In this document: piece by piece, positions 35,610-44,849 of the stretch
How positions within the stretch are numbered: the stretch's first letter is position 1
How the letters are laid out: every line of letters starts with the position of its first letter
Source: Planctomycetota bacterium
GTDB lineage: Bacteria; Planctomycetota; B15-G4
Length of the DNA: 44,988 nucleotides
Direction of reading: 5' to 3'
NCBI GenBank assembly: GCA_038212275.1
Contig: JBBQUR010000028.1
Location: 1-44,988, forward strand
The notes under the pieces: generated by a model
What the model was told of the DNA's origin: nothing
The model's database searches: none
The model's input: only the letters and a program-made list of their open reading frames with translations
Made by a program: the position numbers and the translations under genes

Positions 35610-36511
35610 CGCGGCTGGCGCGGGAGCGCCACGTAAAACGTCGCGCCGACTCCCGGCACGCCTTCGGCCCACGCGCGGCCGCCATGCCGTCGCGCGATGC
35701 TGCGCACGATGGCCAACCCGAGCCCGACGCCGGCATCGTCCGTGCGAGCATGCACGCGTCCGAAGGGCTGGAACAGCCGCACGGCCTGATCGCCGTCGAA
35801 GCCGATGCCGTTGTCGCGCACGAACCAGACCAGCTCCCCGGCAGGCGTACCGGAGGTGGACGCGGCAGCGGGCCCGTGCTGTCCGACTTCGATGAGCGCG
35901 TCGGGGCGGCCTGCGGTGGCGAGGATCGCATTGGAGAGCAGGTTGGCGAGCAGCAGCCTGAGCAGCGTGGGGTCCGCCCACACCTCGTCCGGCGCGTGGA
36001 TGGACAGTCCGGGTCGTCCAGCGCCTGACCGTTCCGTCTGCAGGTCGAATGCCGCGCGCACCTCGGCGCCAAGGTTCAAGGCGACGGGAGCGAGCTCCCG
36101 CTGGCGGGCCTCCGCGAACACGCCGAGCCTATCCAGGATGCATGTGATCTCGCGCGCGCAGCCGTTCAGGCGAGCGAGCAACTCGCGACCGTTCTCGTCG
36201 AGAGCCGCGCCGCTGCCTTTCGCGAGCAGCGAGCCGAAGGTGACCATCGCGCCGAGCGGCGAACGCAGTTCATGCGCCACGACATTGGACAATGCCTCAG
36301 CCTCGGCAAGCAGTTCCGACGCGTCATCATCCATCGAGGAGATGGATGATGCGGCCGCTGGCGCGGGATTCGCTCGCGGCGCAGGTGGCGCAGGTGGCGC
36401 AGGTGGCGCAGGTGGCGCAGGTGGCGCAGGTGGCGCAGGTGGCACGCGCGGCACGCGCTGGCCCGCGGCCGGGCTGAGGGACGGCTCGGCGCACCCGTCG
36501 CTCCCCGTCAT
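35576..36511 (-). CDS. Cytoplasmic histidine kinase (HisKA + HATPase) lacking a sensor domain
   Basis: AHELRSPL, NLLSNA, DNGIGF, GVGLGL, GATFY; N-terminus is a Pro/Ala repeat; ATGA overlap with the cheBR gene. Confidence 0.85.
   Translation of the reverse strand: MTGSDGCAEPSLSPAAGQRVPRVPPAPPAPPAPPAPPAPPAPPAPRANPAPAAASSISSMDDDASELLAEAEALSNVVAHELRSPLGAMVTFGSLLAKGSGAALDENGRELLARLNGCAREITCILDRLGVFAEARQRELAPVALNLGAEVRAAFDLQTERSGAGRPGLSIHAPDEVWADPTLLRLLLANLLSNAILATAGRPDALIEVGQHGPAAASTSGTPAGELVWFVRDNGIGFDGDQAVRLFQPFGRVHARTDDAGVGLGLAIVRSIARRHGGRAWAEGVPGVGATFYVALPRQPRQLASTARPTA
36381..36443 (-). repeat. In-frame 9-bp tandem repeat x7 (PPA)n
   Basis: (gcaggtggc)x7 on the plus strand. Confidence 0.95.
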
Positions 36512-39500
36512 GGCTCGGCTCCTTCCGGGAGCTCGCCCGGGCCGGAGCGACTGTCGCGGCTCATGCCTGCGTCGGGAGCGGCGCGCGCGCGTTGTGCCGC
36601 CGCGTGCGCACGCACGTTCCGGACCATGGCCTGAAGCGTGGCGTCGTCCACGGGCTTGATGAGGTGACGATCAAAACCGGCCTCGCGCGACCGACGCCGG
36701 TCGTCCTCGTTCCCGTAGCCGCTCACCGCGATGATGAACAGGGATTCGCCGCCGGGAAGCCGGCGCAGTCGCCGCGCCACTTCGTAGCCGTCGATGCCCG
36801 GGAGGCCGATGTCGAGCAGCACGATGGCAGGCCGGAAGGCGGCCTGGCTCTCGAGCGCCGCCTTGCCGCCGTGCGCCGTGATGACCTCATGACCGGCGAG
36901 GCGCAGCACCATGGCCATGGAATCGGCCGCGTCCACGTTGTCGTCCACGATGAGGATGCGCTGGCCGTGCGCCGCGGGCGACGCCGCGGGATTCTCGGCT
37001 TCCTCGATCAGCATCGGCAGTCGCACCTCGAACTCGCTGCCCTTGCCGATGCCGGCGCTCCGGGCTTCCACCGTGCCGCCGTGCAGCTCCACGAGACTGC
37101 GCACGAGCGTCAGCCCGATGCCGAGCCCTCCCTGCGAGCGCGCCAGCGAGTTGTCCGCCTGCGAGAACAGGTCGAAGACGGTGGGCACCGTCGCGGCATC
37201 GATGCCGATGCCGTCGTCGCGCACGCGGATCACGACGATGGGGGCGCCCTTGTGCCCGGCCGGCTCGATCGAGACCCAGACGTGCCCGCTCGGCATGCCG
37301 TAGCGCACGGCGTTCTGGATGAGGTTGATGAAGACCTGCTTCAGGCGGGTCACATCACCGTCCACGGGCACCGGCCGGGACGGGAAGTCCGTGGTGAGCG
37401 TCCTTCCGTGGAGCGCGAGCGCGTGGCCGCATTCCTCGACCGCCTGCTGCAGCAGCCCGACGAGTTCGATGCGCTCGCGCTTGAGCTGGATGCGGCCGCG
37501 CGCGACGCGCGAGGCGTCGAGCAGGTCGTCCGTGAGTCGCACCATGATGCGAAGCTGCCGGCCGGTGACGTCGCGCGCGTGCTGCTGCTGCTCCTGCGTG
37601 GCCGCCGAGTTGGAGAGCAACACCAACCCGCTGCTGATGGCGGCGAGCGGGTTGCGCAGCTCGTGGGCGAGCATCGCGAGGAACTCGGTGCGGCTGCGAT
37701 CCACGCGGGCCAGGTCTTCGAGGCGCGCGTGCAGATCATCCTCGAGCTGCTTGTGCCGTGTGAAGTCCTCGATCGCGAGCAGGATCATGGACGGCTCGTC
37801 GCCGCCCGGGATGAGCTGCCGCGCGTTGAGCAGCATCGTCTTGCGGCCGATGTCCTTGAAGTCGCGCGTCACCTCGAAGCCGTCGAAGAAGGTCTGCTGC
37901 GGCAGCACCACCTCAAGCAGCCGGCGCAGCTCGGGAATGTCCCACTGGCGGTCCGCGAGCTCGTGCAGCAGGCGGTTCTCCGTCTGCTCGGGCACCATGC
38001 GGAAGGTCGTGTAGAAGGCGCGGCTCGCCATGCGCACGCGGAAGCCGGCATCCAGCACGAGCAGCGGCTCGCGCAGCGTGGCGACGACGTTCTCCGCGAA
38101 GGCACGCGCCCGCTTGATGCGGTCCACGTCGAACAGCATCAGCACGATGCCGTCGATGCGGTCCTCGGGCGTCCGGTACGGGCGGACGCGCAGCGAGAAC
38201 CAGCGGCCCTTGCCGTCCTGAACCTCGGTCTCGCGGGGACTGCCGGTGCGGATCACGTCGCGCAGCACACCGTCCAGTCCGGGAATGTCGATCGCGAGGT
38301 GCACGTCGTGGATCGGCCGACCGACGTCCGCCGTGGAAAGCCGGAGCACCGTGCTTGCCAGCGGGCTGAAGCGGCGGATGCGCAGCTCGCTGTCCAGCAT
38401 GGCGATGGGCATCTGCACGCCGCCGATGAGGTTGACGAGGTCGTTGTTGATCCTGCTCACGTCGAGGTTGCGGTCGTTCAGTTCGTCGTTGACGGTTGCG
38501 AGTTCCTCGTTGCTCGCCTGGATCTCCTCCTGCGACGTTGCGAGCTCCTCGTTGAAGGTCTGCAGCTCCTCGTTCGCCGCCTGCGCGCGTTCGTTCGCGG
38601 TCAAGAGTTTTGCGTTGACGTCGTCCTGCTGCTCGATGACGGCCTGCAGGTGCTCGCGCGTGGTCGTGAGTTCCCGGGCCAGTCGGTGGCTCTGCGTCTC
38701 GGCGGAGGGAACGCCCGGCGCCTGGCCCGGAACGTCGCCGTCGGAGGCGACGTTCCGGCCCGATCCGAACGTGGCGTGCAGCAGCGTCATGAAGGAGGAT
38801 CGCGGCGCGGCCTGCGCGGCGGCGGGCGCGGCGATCGAGGCCAGCTCGGTGAACAGCACGAGCATGCGGCCAGCGTTCGCCTCGCCGGATGTCAGCGGGA
38901 CGATCTCCAGGCTGACCTCATGGTCTCCGCCGTTCCACCGGAAGGGCGCGCGCTGCTTCCTGACGGCAACGCCGTCCTGCTTCGCCTCCCGGATGGCGGC
39001 GCGCAGCGCGAGCGGCAGCCCGTCGCGGGCCATCTTGAGCAGCTGGAAGCTGGCCCGACCTGCTGCGGGAACGAGGTACGGGCTGGTGTCCCCGCGGAAA
39101 GTCAGGATTTCCAGCTCGGCGTTGACGACCACGCCGGCCGGCGAGTACCTGCCGAGCAGGAGACGATCCACCTCCGCCTGCACGCCGATGTCGTCGGTGC
39201 CTGCTGAAGCGATGGCAGGCGAAGCGCCGGCAGCCGAAGCGGCGACCGGGCGCGCGGGCAGTGTGGCGGCAACGGGCATCGTCCGCGTCGGAAGGACCGG
39301 CGCACCCGCCGTGGGCGGCCTGCGCGCGTAGATCCGGTGCTCGGCGTCACGGGTCTCGAACAGCTCGCTGTGCAGCCCGGCCGTCTCGGAACTCCCGAGG
39401 ACGAGCAGGCCGTCCGGGTCCATCGCGTAGTGGAGCAGCGGCATCAGCTTCTCCTGCAGCACGGGCTCCAGGTAGATGAGCATGTTCCGGCAGCTCAGGA

Positions 39501-40758
39501 CGTCGATGTGCGAGAAGGGCGGGTCGGTCAGCACGTTGCGCCGCGAGAACACGCACATGTCGCGGATGTCCGCGTTGATGCGGTGACGGCCGCCCTCTTC
39601 CGTGAAGAATCGCCGCAGACGCTCGGGCGAGAGGTCGTGGGTGACGCTCTTCGAGTAGCTGCCGGCGCGGGCCTTTTCGATGCCGACATCGCTCAGGTCC
39701 GTCGCGAAGACCTGGAAGGTCTGCTCGCTGCCCGTGCGCTCGGCGGTCTCGACCAGCGCGATGGCGAACGAGTACGCCTCCTCGCCGGACGAGCATCCGA
39801 CCACCCAGACGCGGATGGGCGCACCTGCCGTGTGCTGCGCGAAGAGCTCCGGAAACATCGTGGTCTGCAGCGCCTCGAAGACCTCCGGGTCGCGGAAGAA
39901 CCCCGTCACGCTGATGAGGATGTCCTGGTAGAGCGCCTGGAGTTCCGCGGCCTGGTAGGTGAGCAGGCGCGCATACGCCTGCAGGTCGTCCAGCCTGTGA
40001 AGGGTCATGCGGCGCTTGATGCGCCGGTGCAGCGTCTGCGCCTTGTATCGCGAGAAGTCCACGCCGGTCGTGACGCGCAGGATCTCGAGAATGGAGAGCA
40101 GGCCGGCTTCCGCCTCGGAGGCTTCGGCGGGCGCGGCCGTCGCCAGGCCTGGCCGAGGGTGGCGGGCGATGCGGGTGATTTCCGCGGCGATCGCATCGGG
40201 CGCCAGCACGAGATCCACGCAGCCGGCCGCCACCGCGCTGCGCGGCATGCCGTGCTGCTGGGCCGTGTCGTCCTGCGCGAAGGTGATGCCGCCCGCGGCC
40301 TTGATCTCCTCCATGCCGTGCGTGCCGTCGTTCGCCGTGCCGGAGAGGATGACGCCGATCGAGCGCACACCCTGGTCTTCCGCGAGCGAGCGCAGGAAGC
40401 GATCGATGGGCCGATGCAGCATGTGCCCGACTTCGCGCCGAAGGAGCTGCAGGACGCCGCCCGCGATGGTCATGTCGCAACCGGGCGGGATGACGTAGAC
40501 GTGGTCAGGCGCGACCGGCAGCTTGTCCGTGGCTTCGGCGACCGGCATCGAGGTCAATTTCGCCAGGATGTCCGCGAGCATGCTCTCGCGCGTGGAGGCG
40601 AGGTGTTGCACCAGCACGAAGGCCATGCCCGTGTCGGCGGGCAAGGCGCGCAGCAACAGACTCAGCGCTTCGAGCCCACCTGCCGACGCGCCGATGCCGA
40701 CGACCGGCGGCCCCCTGCTGTTGTCCTGCGAGGGCGCCGATCGCTCGGTGGACTGCAT
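36508..40758 (-). CDS. CheB/CheR fusion-PAS-histidine kinase-receiver hybrid (start uncertain)
   Basis: GIGASAGG, VQHL and LSGTANDG (CheB); VTGFFRDP, GCSSGEEAYS and CRNMLIY (CheR); NEELxT coiled coil; PAS; AHELRNPL; VDDN..LDIGLP receiver. Confidence 0.95.
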   Translation of the reverse strand: MQSTERSAPSQDNSRGPPVVGIGASAGGLEALSLLLRALPADTGMAFVLVQHLASTRESMLADILAKLTSMPVAEATDKLPVAPDHVYVIPPGCDMTIAGGVLQLLRREVGHMLHRPIDRFLRSLAEDQGVRSIGVILSGTANDGTHGMEEIKAAGGITFAQDDTAQQHGMPRSAVAAGCVDLVLAPDAIAAEITRIARHPRPGLATAAPAEASEAEAGLLSILEILRVTTGVDFSRYKAQTLHRRIKRRMTLHRLDDLQAYARLLTYQAAELQALYQDILISVTGFFRDPEVFEALQTTMFPELFAQHTAGAPIRVWVVGCSSGEEAYSFAIALVETAERTGSEQTFQVFATDLSDVGIEKARAGSYSKSVTHDLSPERLRRFFTEEGGRHRINADIRDMCVFSRRNVLTDPPFSHIDVLSCRNMLIYLEPVLQEKLMPLLHYAMDPDGLLVLGSSETAGLHSELFETRDAEHRIYARRPPTAGAPVLPTRTMPVAATLPARPVAASAAGASPAIASAGTDDIGVQAEVDRLLLGRYSPAGVVVNAELEILTFRGDTSPYLVPAAGRASFQLLKMARDGLPLALRAAIREAKQDGVAVRKQRAPFRWNGGDHEVSLEIVPLTSGEANAGRMLVLFTELASIAAPAAAQAAPRSSFMTLLHATFGSGRNVASDGDVPGQAPGVPSAETQSHRLARELTTTREHLQAVIEQQDDVNAKLLTANERAQAANEELQTFNEELATSQEEIQASNEELATVNDELNDRNLDVSRINNDLVNLIGGVQMPIAMLDSELRIRRFSPLASTVLRLSTADVGRPIHDVHLAIDIPGLDGVLRDVIRTGSPRETEVQDGKGRWFSLRVRPYRTPEDRIDGIVLMLFDVDRIKRARAFAENVVATLREPLLVLDAGFRVRMASRAFYTTFRMVPEQTENRLLHELADRQWDIPELRRLLEVVLPQQTFFDGFEVTRDFKDIGRKTMLLNARQLIPGGDEPSMILLAIEDFTRHKQLEDDLHARLEDLARVDRSRTEFLAMLAHELRNPLAAISSGLVLLSNSAATQEQQQHARDVTGRQLRIMVRLTDDLLDASRVARGRIQLKRERIELVGLLQQAVEECGHALALHGRTLTTDFPSRPVPVDGDVTRLKQVFINLIQNAVRYGMPSGHVWVSIEPAGHKGAPIVVIRVRDDGIGIDAATVPTVFDLFSQADNSLARSQGGLGIGLTLVRSLVELHGGTVEARSAGIGKGSEFEVRLPMLIEEAENPAASPAAHGQRILIVDDNVDAADSMAMVLRLAGHEVITAHGGKAALESQAAFRPAIVLLDIGLPGIDGYEVARRLRRLPGGESLFIIAVSGYGNEDDRRRSREAGFDRHLIKPVDDATLQAMVRNVRAHAAAQRARAAPDAGMSRDSRSGPGELPEGAEP

Positions 40759-41236
40759 CTCCGGCAGCATCGGCGGCAACGCTTCGCCCGGGCCGATGCG
40801 TCGCGAAGGGTCGGCTGGTGCGCGGTCCGTCACGGCGCGCTGCCAGGCCACGACGGACCGCATCGCGATGTGGTGGCGAGGCGGCAGGTCGCGCGGCGTG
40901 CCGAACCCGGGAAGCGCTTCGCGAATCGACCCGGCGAAGAGCACATGACGGCGAGGCCCGGGTTGTCAGGAGCCTCTTCGATGCGAGCGCGAGCCGCTCG
41001 TCGCCGGGGCAACAGCGAGCATAGCAGTCCGACTCGGAGTGCTGTTGCGGCATTCAGCGGGTGGATCGTCGCGGCGTGCATGGAAGCTGAAAACCGTGGG
41101 TCACCGGCGGGGCGTTCATTCGCCGGTGTCCTGAGGCAACACCGCAGGAGGGATACAGGTGCGGCTTGCGCGACAAACGCCGCTGCACCGCTCGCGGTTT
41201 CAGACGACGCGGCATCGCAGAGTCGACGTCGGCCCA

Positions 41237-41253
41237 TTGGCACGTCGCATGCG
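41237..41253 (+). promoter_or_regulatory. sigma54 -24/-12-like promoter
   Basis: TTGGCACG-TCGC-ATGCG ~50 bp upstream of ATG 41301. Confidence 0.6.
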
Positions 41254-41300
41254 ATGCCCGTGGGGACAAAGCGCCTGCGATTCACTCGGGGGATGCCAGC

Positions 41301-41735
41301 ATGGACAGCACGCACTCTTCGCCGCGATCTCGTGGCGCCCATGAATCCGGGCCGTTCGCAGACCCGGGGCTGGCGCCTGACGATGTCGGAGCGGCCCGCG
41401 ACCCCTGGACGGATCCCGCGAGCTTCAGGCGTGACGAGCAGCTGCGCGCGTCCGCCCGGCGTTTTGAAAGCGCAATTGAAGAATCGGCCGCGAGCGGAGA
41501 GGCGCTGGCGACGACGGCGGTCCGGCTCCCGGCTTCCCAGGCGGCGCCCAGGCCACGGCACCTGACGGCAGTGGCCCCCTCCGCATCCGAGTCCCTGCGC
41601 CCCGCGCTGATCCGGGCTCTCATCGTGCTCGGCGCCATCCTCCTCGAACTCGTGCTGGCGGATCTGCTGCGCCTCTGCTCCGCGGCGACGGCCCGCACGA
41701 CCCGCCACGACCCGCGTCATTCCTGGAATGCGTGA
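41301..41735 (+). CDS. Hypothetical protein with one predicted TM helix
   Basis: GGGGGA RBS, ATG, hydrophobic ALIVLGAILLELVLA; supported mainly by the upstream sigma54-like site. Confidence 0.45.
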   Translation: MDSTHSSPRSRGAHESGPFADPGLAPDDVGAARDPWTDPASFRRDEQLRASARRFESAIEESAASGEALATTAVRLPASQAAPRPRHLTAVAPSASESLRPALIRALIVLGAILLELVLADLLRLCSAATARTTRHDPRHSWNA

Positions 41736-41800
41736 CGCCGCGCCGACCGCAGATGCGGCCGGCGCGGCGCCTTCATTCATTCATCAGGACAGACGGTCGC

Positions 41801-43117
41801 TCAGGGCGTCAGCGTGTCCAGTTCCAGCTCCTGCTCGGACGTCAGGCCCGAGTCGTCGCCCTGGATGTTGCCGCTCGAACCGCCGTCCGTCGTGCCGCTG
41901 CCGTCGCCCAGGCCGGCCAGGTCCGCTCCGAGGTTTCCCTCGCTCTTGTTGAGGCGGATCAAGGTCGCCGTGCCCCAGTTGTCGATGCCGTCGTTCAGGC
42001 TGTCGTGCACCGTGTTGCTGAGCAGCGAGTTGCCGTTCGCACCCGAGGTGACCTGCAGGCCGTCACCCTTGTTGTCCCGGAAGCTGTTGTCCTCGATCAG
42101 ATTGTGGCCCGACGTGACATGGATGCCGTCGCCGCCGTTGGCCTCGAGGCGGTTGCGGATGACCCGGTTCTGGCCGTCCACCGCTCCGTCGAAGGACGAG
42201 ACCACGAGGCCCATCAGCGTGTTGCGCCGCAGCGTGTTGCCGTGCAGGGTCGCCTGCTCGGCCTTGAGGAAGATGCCGCCCGCGCGGTTCAGGTTGACGT
42301 CGTTCTCGCTGGCCGTGAAGAAGCGGCCCGTGAGATCCATCCCGATCGCGTTGACCTCGAACCTGCTCTTCTCGATGAGGGTCAGCGCGCCGACCTCGTC
42401 GAGCAGCAGCAGGCCCGTGCCGCCGTTGCCCATGCTCTTGTTGCGCGAGAACACGCTGGCGGTCGGCGTGGTGCCGCCCGACACGGCGAGGAAGGTGACG
42501 TGGAAGCCGTCACCGGTGTTGTTGATGGCGCTGTTCTGCGTCATCAGGAAGGGACCGTTGTCGGCCACGATGCCGGCGGCGCAGCGCTCGACGGCGTTGC
42601 CGGCCAGCACGATCTGATCGCCCGACGGGTTGCCGCTGTCCACGGAGAGGCCCGGGCCCATGCAGGCCGAGACGTCGCAACCAGTGATGCGGCCGTGACC
42701 GAGGAGCTTGATGCCGAAGCTCGTGCAGCCTTCGACTCGGCAGTCCACGATGGACGCGCCGTCGCCGACGACGTTGAGGCCGCCGCCCGCGGCCACGAAG
42801 CCCGAGTTGGAGGCCGTGCCGCCGTTGACGAACAGCAGGCCGATGATGCTCACGCTGTCGGCCTGCACGTCGAGGCAGGTGCCTGAGTACGCGCCGTCGA
42901 GGATGACGTTGCGGCCCTTGAGCGTGAGGCCCGACGTGGTGATGGTCACGTTCTCACGGTAGTAGCCCGGGCTCACGACGATGGTGTCGCCGACCTGCGC
43001 CGATGTCACCGCCGCCTGGATCGTTGCGAAGTCGCGGGGCACCTGGATGGTGCCGGCCGAGGCGACGCCCGAGAGCGCCAGCAGGGCCGAGGAAAGGATG
43101 AGTGGAGAAAGCTTCAT
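41801..43117 (-). CDS. Secreted right-handed parallel beta-helix (NosD/pectin-lyase-like) protein
   Basis: GGAG RBS, signal peptide, VPRDFATIQAAV..GDTIVVSPGYYRE, repeated NxxxxNxGDG. Confidence 0.88.
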   Translation of the reverse strand: MKLSPLILSSALLALSGVASAGTIQVPRDFATIQAAVTSAQVGDTIVVSPGYYRENVTITTSGLTLKGRNVILDGAYSGTCLDVQADSVSIIGLLFVNGGTASNSGFVAAGGGLNVVGDGASIVDCRVEGCTSFGIKLLGHGRITGCDVSACMGPGLSVDSGNPSGDQIVLAGNAVERCAAGIVADNGPFLMTQNSAINNTGDGFHVTFLAVSGGTTPTASVFSRNKSMGNGGTGLLLLDEVGALTLIEKSRFEVNAIGMDLTGRFFTASENDVNLNRAGGIFLKAEQATLHGNTLRRNTLMGLVVSSFDGAVDGQNRVIRNRLEANGGDGIHVTSGHNLIEDNSFRDNKGDGLQVTSGANGNSLLSNTVHDSLNDGIDNWGTATLIRLNKSEGNLGADLAGLGDGSGTTDGGSSGNIQGDDSGLTSEQELELDTLTP

Positions 43118-43223
43118 GGATACGGCTCCGGTTGATGGTCTGGAACTTGGAGGCACCACCGCGTGCGAGGAACCGAGACCGATCCGAAGGCGCTGACTTC
43201 CCGCGACGTTGCCGCCGTTGCAG

Positions 43224-43240
43224 AGCGAAGCGCGTGCCGA
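43224..43240 (-). promoter_or_regulatory. sigma54 -24/-12-like promoter
   Basis: TCGGCACG-CGCT-TCGCT upstream of 43117. Confidence 0.55.
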
Positions 43241-43521
43241 GCCCGCGCCGAGCCCGTGCGCGGCGGCCGTCGTGCCGCGATGCCGGCAACGCAGGCATTT
43301 CGTCTCCGCGCGGCCCTCGCTCTCACAGATGGCCGCGATCCGCGGCGCGTCTGCGTGTCGGTGATTTGCAGCAAGTGCCTGCCGCGCAGGGAGCGGCTTT
43401 CGTCGCGGTGCGCGGTGTGCACTCACCTCAGCACTCGCGACACGCACTCCCGCGATTGCGGGAGCCGCACCGGATGGCGAAGCCGATCGGTGTCGGCCCC
43501 GCCATCCGGGTCAGCCGGCGT

Positions 43522-44577
43522 TCACCCGATGGTGACGACCACGGCATTCGTGCCGGAGTAGCCGCACGGCGCGCTCGGGTCGATCACGAAGGCCTGCAGG
43601 ACGAACGAACCGCTCGCGCCCGGGGGAATCGAGCCGACGAGCGTGGCTGAACCGCTGATCGAGAGCGGAATGATCAGGGAAAGTGGACCCGGGCGCACCA
43701 GCAGCTCGCACCCGCAGGCGTTGGTGTGCGAGGCCGCACCGCCGAGGAACAGGATCGCCGAGCTCCCCGCGAGTCCGTTGGTGATCGAGAGCGTCACGTC
43801 GAAGCCGGCGATCGGAGTGGTCATCGCCAGCACGGGGGCCGTGCCGTTGCTCCCGATGCAGCCTGTGCCCTGGCTCACAACGTTCTGGCACTCGATCGGG
43901 ATCGACACGTCATTGGAGTCCATCGTCACGGCGCCGTTCAGCGCGAGGAGCCGCCCGGACACGGTCGCGCCGGTCGCCAGCGTGATGCTTGCCGTGGCCA
44001 GCACGTTGCCCGCGAAGTCGGTGGTCGACCCGAGCGTCGCCGACGACCCGATCTGCCAGTAGACGTTGCAGCCGGTGCCGCCGTTGATGAGCACGACCGA
44101 CGAGCCGGAGGCCGTCGTCAGCGTGCTTCCGATCTTGAAGATGAATTCCGCGGACGGATTGCCCCCGGCGTCCAGCGTGAGCGCGCCGGTCAACTGGGCG
44201 GATGAGGTGAAACAGTACACGCCGGGAATGAGCGTGAGTCCGCCAAGGTCCTGGCCCGAGAGGTCGAAATCACAAGCCGAGCCGGCGAGCGTGTTGTAGG
44301 CCGTGTTCGCGTCGCTCTGCGCCTGCAGGGCGACGGCATCGGTGATGTGCATCGTTCCGGTGACCATGCCCGGCGGAAAGCCCGTGACAGAAGTGCCCGG
44401 GCTGAGGCCGAGGTCTCCGGTGATCGAGGTTGGCCCCGTGTTGGTGATTGCGGAGGCGCCGAGGACGGCAAACCCCTGAGCAGTGCCGAGCGCGACCTGC
44501 GCGAAGACCGCAGGCGAACGGCAGACCAGCATCGCCAGCGCGACGCCAGCGAGTGAACGTGAAATCGAACCCCTCAT
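43522..44577 (-). CDS. DUF3494 ice-binding-like protein with a divergent C-terminal module
   Basis: Signal peptide; LGTAQGFAVLGAS.ITNTG.T.ITGDLG, LIPGVYCF.SSAQLTG.LTLD, FIFKIGSTL, NVYWQIGSSATLG. Confidence 0.92.
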   Translation of the reverse strand: MRGSISRSLAGVALAMLVCRSPAVFAQVALGTAQGFAVLGASAITNTGPTSITGDLGLSPGTSVTGFPPGMVTGTMHITDAVALQAQSDANTAYNTLAGSACDFDLSGQDLGGLTLIPGVYCFTSSAQLTGALTLDAGGNPSAEFIFKIGSTLTTASGSSVVLINGGTGCNVYWQIGSSATLGSTTDFAGNVLATASITLATGATVSGRLLALNGAVTMDSNDVSIPIECQNVVSQGTGCIGSNGTAPVLAMTTPIAGFDVTLSITNGLAGSSAILFLGGAASHTNACGCELLVRPGPLSLIIPLSISGSATLVGSIPPGASGSFVLQAFVIDPSAPCGYSGTNAVVVTIG

Positions 44578-44849
44578 GAGACACCATCCTTGCGAGAAGG
44601 CAGCCGAACCGGGCGAGCGTCCGTCCGCGTGAGTCGTAGTAGCAACCATGACGACAGGCACACGCTCGAGGTCGAGCGGCGCGCTCGCGGTGAGTCCGCG
44701 TCGATCCATCCGGGCAGGTCCCTGTCTTCGGAGCACCCCAACACCTGCAAATGTCCGAGCGGTACGGTTCAAAGTTGTGAATCTTTCAAGATCCGGTTCG
44801 CCGGCAGCTCAGTTCGTTTCGCCATGGCAGCGCGAGGCGTGATTTCCAC

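Noticed and set aside
36592..41565. Long plus-strand ORFs of 871 and 742 aa (and similar ones such as 10445-12514, 31238-32845, 2248-3927)
   Set aside because: Antisense shadows of real genes in high-GC DNA; no recognisable motifs.
44641..44657. sigma54 site for the ice-binding gene
   Set aside because: TTGCT is present but the -24 position reads GT, not the invariant GG.
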